Source: Ministeria vibrans ATCC 50519 (taxonomy: Eukaryota > Protista > Filasterea). From it: a stretch of DNA of 47,136 nucleotides. The stretch covers positions 53,380-100,515 of the forward strand of contig CALSCP010000031.1 in assembly GCA_943704425.1 (NCBI GenBank). The letters are read 5' to 3'. This document shows, piece by piece, positions 41,860-47,136 of this stretch; position 1 is the stretch's first letter, and every line of letters starts with the position of its first letter. The translations under genes were made by a program, and so were the position numbers. Under the pieces are notes generated by a model that was not told the origin of the DNA, ran no database searches, and worked only from the letters and a program-made list of their open reading frames with translations.

Positions 41860-43321
41860 AGGATGGCACGATGGCTGCACCCGCCGGTGTGCCCGCTGCC
41901 GTCTCTTCTTCCACCACAGCAGTTCCCTCTGCAGCCCCTGCTGCTTCAGCAGCACCTATGAGCACAGCCACTGCTTATGTGCCTCAGGCGGTGGCGGCTG
42001 CACGTGCCGCGCCCTCGTATGCCGGTGATGTGCCCTCATCGATTATGCAAATTGCTGCACTCAACCCATACACTGCCAAGTGGACGATCCGTGCGCGTGT
42101 GACACAAAAGGCACGTCGCGAGTACACCAATGCCAAGGGTGTGCCAGGCCGTCTGTTTAATGTCAACTTGCTCGACGACACAGGCGAGATCAAGGCGACA
42201 GGCTTCAACGAGACGTGCGACTTGCTTTTCGATCAGCTCGAACTTGGCAAAGTCTACTACATCACCAAGTGCACCCTTAAGAATGCCAACAAACAGTTCA
42301 ACCAGCTCAAACATCCCTACGAAATGTACTTTGAGTCTGGTACTTCGGTAATAATTAATTCCCCAAAATTACGAACATCAAAATACTATTATTATAATAA
42401 TAATAATTATTATAATCATTTTATTATTTTTCATTATTTATTCATTTACTCAATTTTATTACTTCTTGGCAACCTTTAGGTGACACAATGCCGAGATGCT
42501 GGTGACGTGCCCACGATCAAGCTAAGCTTTGTCAAGATTAAGGATCTGTCGACGTATGCCAAGGACGACATTGTCGATGTGATTGGTGTGGTGCGCGAGA
42601 CCAAGGACATTACAACCATTGTGTCACGCGCGACCCAGCGCGAAATCAAGAAACGCGAGCTCATTCTCATCGACGACTCGGCCACGCAAGTCAGCATGAC
42701 GCTGTGGGGTGCCGAGGCAGAGCGCTTCGACCCGTCCGGCACTCCCATTGTGGCCGTCAAGGGTGCCAAGGTGGGTGACTACCAGGGCGTCAATCTGTCC
42801 GCCATGTCTTCCAGCAACATCCTTGTCAACCCAGACCTGCCTGAGGCTCACGCACTGCGTGGCTGGTACGAAACTGGTGGCAAGACGGTCACGCCCGAGA
42901 CACTCGCGTCGGCCGGGGGTGCCAGTGGTTTCAAGGACGATCCTCGTATGCCCCTCAAGGACGTCAAGGAGAAGAACCTCGGTCAAGATGCAGTAAGCGG
43001 AAAAAAAAACAAAAAAAAAACGTAAATTTTAGTACCCCTTTTCGATTTTATTAATTCCCTTTTTTTCTTTTTTTTTTTGCAGCCTTTTTACTTTGTATCG
43101 CGAGCCACCGTGCTGTTCCTCAAGAAGGAGACGGCCATGTATCAAGCGTGCCCCAAGGAGGGCTGTCAGAAAAAGGTCGTCGAGGAGGGCCAGTCGTCGT
43201 ACCGCTGTGAAAAGTGTAACGCCGTCTACCCCGACTTCAAGTGGCGCTACCTCCTCTCCGTGCACGCTGCTGACCACACTGGAAATGTCTGGCTTCAAGG
43301 TATAGTAATTATTTTCTTATA

Positions 43322-43376
<55 letters not shown>

Positions 43377-43377
43377 T

Positions 43378-43423
<46 letters not shown>

Positions 43424-44140
43424 GTAAATTATTAATGATTATTATTTTTGTTACTGTTTCCTGTCTATAGCTTTCAATGACACGGCCGAGAAGATTTTGG
43501 GAATGTCAGCACAGGACCTGGGCAAGCTCAAGACTGACAACCCCACCCGCTACGACGCTGCCTTCTCCGGCGCCAACTTCAAGATGATGGACTTTAAGAT
43601 TAAGGCCAAGTCAGAGACGTACAATGTAAGAGGATAGTGTGCGCGTGTGTATGTGTGAGACAGTGGAGAATGCCTTACGTTTGTCGTGTAGGATGAGTCA
43701 AGGACCCGCTGCTCCATTGTCAGTGCGAATCCACTCGCTCCCAAAGCCCACTTTGGAGTAAGATTAATATACTGTTGTGTGTGTGTGTCTCTCTCTCTCT
43801 CTTGTTCCATTCTCTCTGTATGACTTTGATAATTACATTTTTATATCGAACCTCCTTTTTTACGTTTTTTGTTTTTGTCTTTCTATCTCTCTATCTCTTT
43901 GTTTCATTTTTATAATAATGTTATGTCTCATTCCCTCTTCTCTCTTCTCTCTGACTCTCTTCTTTTTCTTCCTTATACTCTTTCTCACCCTCATCCTCTC
44001 TTTTTCTTCCTTATACTCTTTCTCACCCTCATCCTCTCTTTCTCTTCCTTATACTCTTTCTCACCCTCATCCTCTCTTTCTCTTCTCTCTCCTCTTTCTA
44101 GAACATGCTTGAGGAAATTCAACGTCTTGCTGCCCTTTAA
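41860..44140 (+). CDS. RPA1: Replication protein A 70 kDa subunit (5' part in the gap)
   Basis: IAALNPYTAKWTIRARVTQK..LLDDTGEIKATGFNE; VDVIGVV..KRELILID..TLWG..AVKGAKVGDY; zinc ribbon YQACPKEGCQKKV..RCEKC; DHTGNVWL; KSETYNDESR; last exon NMLEEIQRLAAL*. Confidence 0.96.
43962..44085. repeat. About 38-bp tandem repeat, 3 copies (CTTCCTTATACTCTTTCTCACCCTCATCCTCTCTTT), in the last RPA1 intron
   Basis: Three direct copies are visible. Confidence 0.85.
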
Positions 44141-44424
44141 TTTTGCGTCTTTTGATCTTGTGCGTGTGTGATTTTTTTTATTTTGTGTCTGTGTGTGAGG
44201 GACTCGTTCTCTCGCTTTGTTTTGCTTCTTCTTTGTTGAGTAGTACAGTCACTCGGTTTTTCACATTTTTCATTTTGTCCGCGCACTCAAGCTCACTTTC
44301 TCTCATATGTTTACTGTTGACTCACCCTCTTTAACCAACTATTCCCAAACACACACTTCGAAACAAAACAACGACAAGAACAAACATGAAACGCAAAAAA
44401 AAGGAAAAGTTGAGGTGTTTTTTT

Positions 44425-45154
44425 TTACTTGATTCGCCTCCACACAACACAACAAGTGCGCCCAGCAAAGGTACAGGTCTTGATATGCTCAAAAGCGTCG
44501 CGCAAGCCGGCGCGCATAAGGGCACAGTCGGGAGACGGTTGTAGCGTCGCCTTGGGCGGGTGGAAGGGCAGACACTGCGGCGCGTCAGGGCCCGTAAAGT
44601 CGTCGCCGCCGAGTGTCACAATGAGTAGGCCGCCCGGCAGCACAATTTCAGGCATTCGACGCAGCCAGGCTTCGGGACAGGTGACACGCGAAAAAATGTT
44701 GTTTGCAAAGACACAGTCAAACTTTCCCACCTCGTTGGGCAACCAGGTGAGCTGAATAAACCGGACATTGTCGCGTTTGGCCTGCGGGTCCATGTCGACC
44801 GCCACAGTGCGCTGCTCACCCAAATCAATTTGCTGACCCTTCTGACCCGACTCGGCCGCACGCACAAACACTCCGACGGGATCCACCGCAAGCACTTTAC
44901 TCACCGTGCCCGAGTACTCGTACGTGCTTGCCCCCAGTCCACACCCAATCTCAAGCACCTGTCGCTCATCTGAAGACGTCGCAGTCGCACACAACTCTCC
45001 CAGTGCCTCCCGCACAAACCCCCCGTACTTGCGGTACCGCTCCGACAGGTTTGTACCATTCTCTTGCAATTGAATCTAAGCATAGTGAGTGAGTGAGAAA
45101 CCAAAAGAGGGAGAGAAGAGTCACACAAACACAAACAGCACAAGCACAAGCACA

Positions 45155-45247
<93 letters not shown>

Positions 45248-47047
45248 TCACACACTCACACACATTAATTATAATGACAAAAATATAATTATCTTAGTAC
45301 TTGGATGAGATGACGCAGCCAGGCATCGTTCTCACACTGCAATTGGGTATTGGTCGACGGTCGCACACACGCCTGTGCACAGTCAACGCCCGGACACGAG
45401 CCCGTCTGCTCGCAGTACACCACCGACGGTGGAGGCTGAGACGCGCTAGGACGCACCGGACGAAAGCCACAGTGTTGGAAGAAGTGACGACGAAAGGCAA
45501 AGCGCGCAAACAGCGACGCCTCAGTGCCCGTCGACGCCCACGAGCCGCCCAGAATAAGGTTGTGCGCGCCGTCAAATGTCGGCGTGCTAAAGTCGTCGTA
45601 CAGACGATGTGTCTCAAACCCGTCCAGTCCGTTGAAATGGTCCTCTGTCCACTCCCACACGTTTCCTAGACAAGGCACATTAGCTGTTTCTTCTCTCTAT
45701 CACTTTGTTTCTTTTTTTTCTTTCTTATCAGTATACCATTGAGGTCAAAGAAGCCATTGCTGTTCGGAGGAAATTTCGTGACGGAGGAGGAGGAGCAGCG
45801 GAAGAGATTGGCATTGGCCTTGGGAAAGCGGTCCTTGTGGAGATGGTCGTGGGTGTCGGGGAGGGGACTGGCCGGTAGGGCCACTGTGGGAGCATCGAGA
45901 GGTCGTGGAGTGGTGCGCGCCTGGTGAGACTCGTCTGCTTGGGCATCACAGCCAGTGATGCCGCGCATGAGATGGTACTCGGCCTCGGTGGGCAGACGCG
46001 TGCCGTTGCCCAGCCACTGACAGTAGGCGTGTGCCTCGTGGAAGTTGACGTCGACAGGCCAATCCGCTGGAAACGCTTCGACCGAACCCAGGGTGCGGTA
46101 GAGGTAGGGATAAGCGGCGGTGGCGAGGGTGGCCTCGTCGGCGTTGCAATTGGTGCGCTCGGGCACGTTGGAGCCGCAGCCGTTAAGACAGCCCTTGGCA
46201 CACACCCAGAAGGTCGGATGCTGTGGCTTGCGGTACTGTACCCAACGCCAGCCTTCGGGCGTCCACAGCGACTCTTGGGAGTAGCCGCCGGCGCGTACAA
46301 ACGCAGCAAACTGTCCGTTGGTCACGGGATGCGCGGCAGCCGCAAACGGCGCCACAGAGCGTCCGCTGCAACCGTACTCATTGTCCCAGCCATACGAGGG
46401 ATACGCCAACGGCTTGCCCAGTATTGCCTCGCCTCCATCCACATGAACAAACGTGGGCTTTTCAGGCGTCGTAGCACTCGTGTCCACCGGTTCCACTTGC
46501 CAGCACTCGGGCGTCTGCACTCGTGATGCCGGAAGCTGTCGGATCAGCACTGAGCTCGTTTCAAAATGGATGCGCTCATGCTCCGTGCCCATCATCAGTC
46601 CCCACCACGCGCTATGCATCGTGATAGGAAGCTACAAAAATGCCCCAAAAGCAACCAAAAGCAACCAAAAAGAAAGCAATAATAATTATTATTAATATTA
46701 TTAATATTAATGCCTAAATGTTATTAATGTCTCAGTCAGTTGTACCTCAAAGGGAGTGCGCTCAATGGCATCGATCACAAGTTGGCGAACTTTGGCACGG
46801 TAGTCCCACACTTCGGGAACGGAAGGCCACTTAAAAGCGCCACCCATGCGGTAGTTCTCGGTGTCGTCCCACGAATACTCATCGACTCCCGTCTCAAACA
46901 TGGTCTCAAACTCAAGATTGACTCGCTCCTCAATCGACAGCAGGCCCGCAAGGATCATCTTGTTGACGTACACCGCAGCCGTGTGCGCCAGATAGAACAC
47001 AAGGGGCAGCCGCAGTCGGTCGGGGCACATGTAGACCGTGGCATCGT
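44425..47047 (-). CDS. ovoA: Ovothiol biosynthesis enzyme OvoA (DinB-like + FGE-sulfatase + SAM methyltransferase), 5' end outside the window
   Basis: LRLPLVFYLAHTA..VNK..FETGVDEYSWDD..WPSVPEVWDYR. Iron motif EHERIHFETSSVLIRQLP (HX3HXE). YGWDNEYG; PVTNGQF; WPVDVNFHEA; RLPTEAE; GNVWEW..HRLYDDFSTPTFDGAHNLILGGSW..AFRRHFFQHCGFR. Methyltransferase VLEIGCGLG. Confidence 0.93.
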
Positions 47048-47048
47048 C

Positions 47049-47050
<2 letters not shown>

Positions 47051-47136
<86 letters not shown>
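47051..47136. repeat. (GA)n microsatellite in an ovoA intron
   Basis: Direct GA run to the end of the window. Confidence 0.95.

Noticed and set aside
44425-47047. Ergothioneine EgtB/Egt1, or bacterial contamination
   Set aside because: The C-terminal methyltransferase and the GVDExSWDD and RRHFFQHxGFR motifs indicate OvoA, and the gene has spliceosomal introns.

Overview
This is gene-dense eukaryotic (protist-like) genomic DNA with short GT-AG introns, the standard genetic code, microsatellite-rich introns and several assembly gaps. The organism cannot be identified from this window. Hand-splicing gives about 19 genes or gene fragments. In order: the last exon of an upstream gene; an ALMT/FUSC-like membrane protein; an SH3-DH-PH-SH3-RA RhoGEF; MARCH6/Doa10; a bacterial-like DUF1330 protein ending in a peroxisomal signal; NDUFAF4; a TM-zinc finger-LRR protein with an LRRC58-like tail; VIPAS39/SPE-39; a secreted protein with at least 26 EGF repeats plus a beta-propeller; a Kv channel; SLC37A; a signal peptide-EF-hand-thioredoxin-like-JmjC fusion; a small ER EF-hand paralog beside it; TTD14; PFDN4, split around a ceramide kinase-like gene and an orphan zinc-finger exon (probably a misassembly); RPA1; and the ovothiol synthase OvoA. 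The best candidate for something undescribed is the secretory-pathway EF-hand/PDI-like/JmjC oxygenase with its tandem EF-hand paralog. All family assignments come from motif recognition by eye; no database searches were run.
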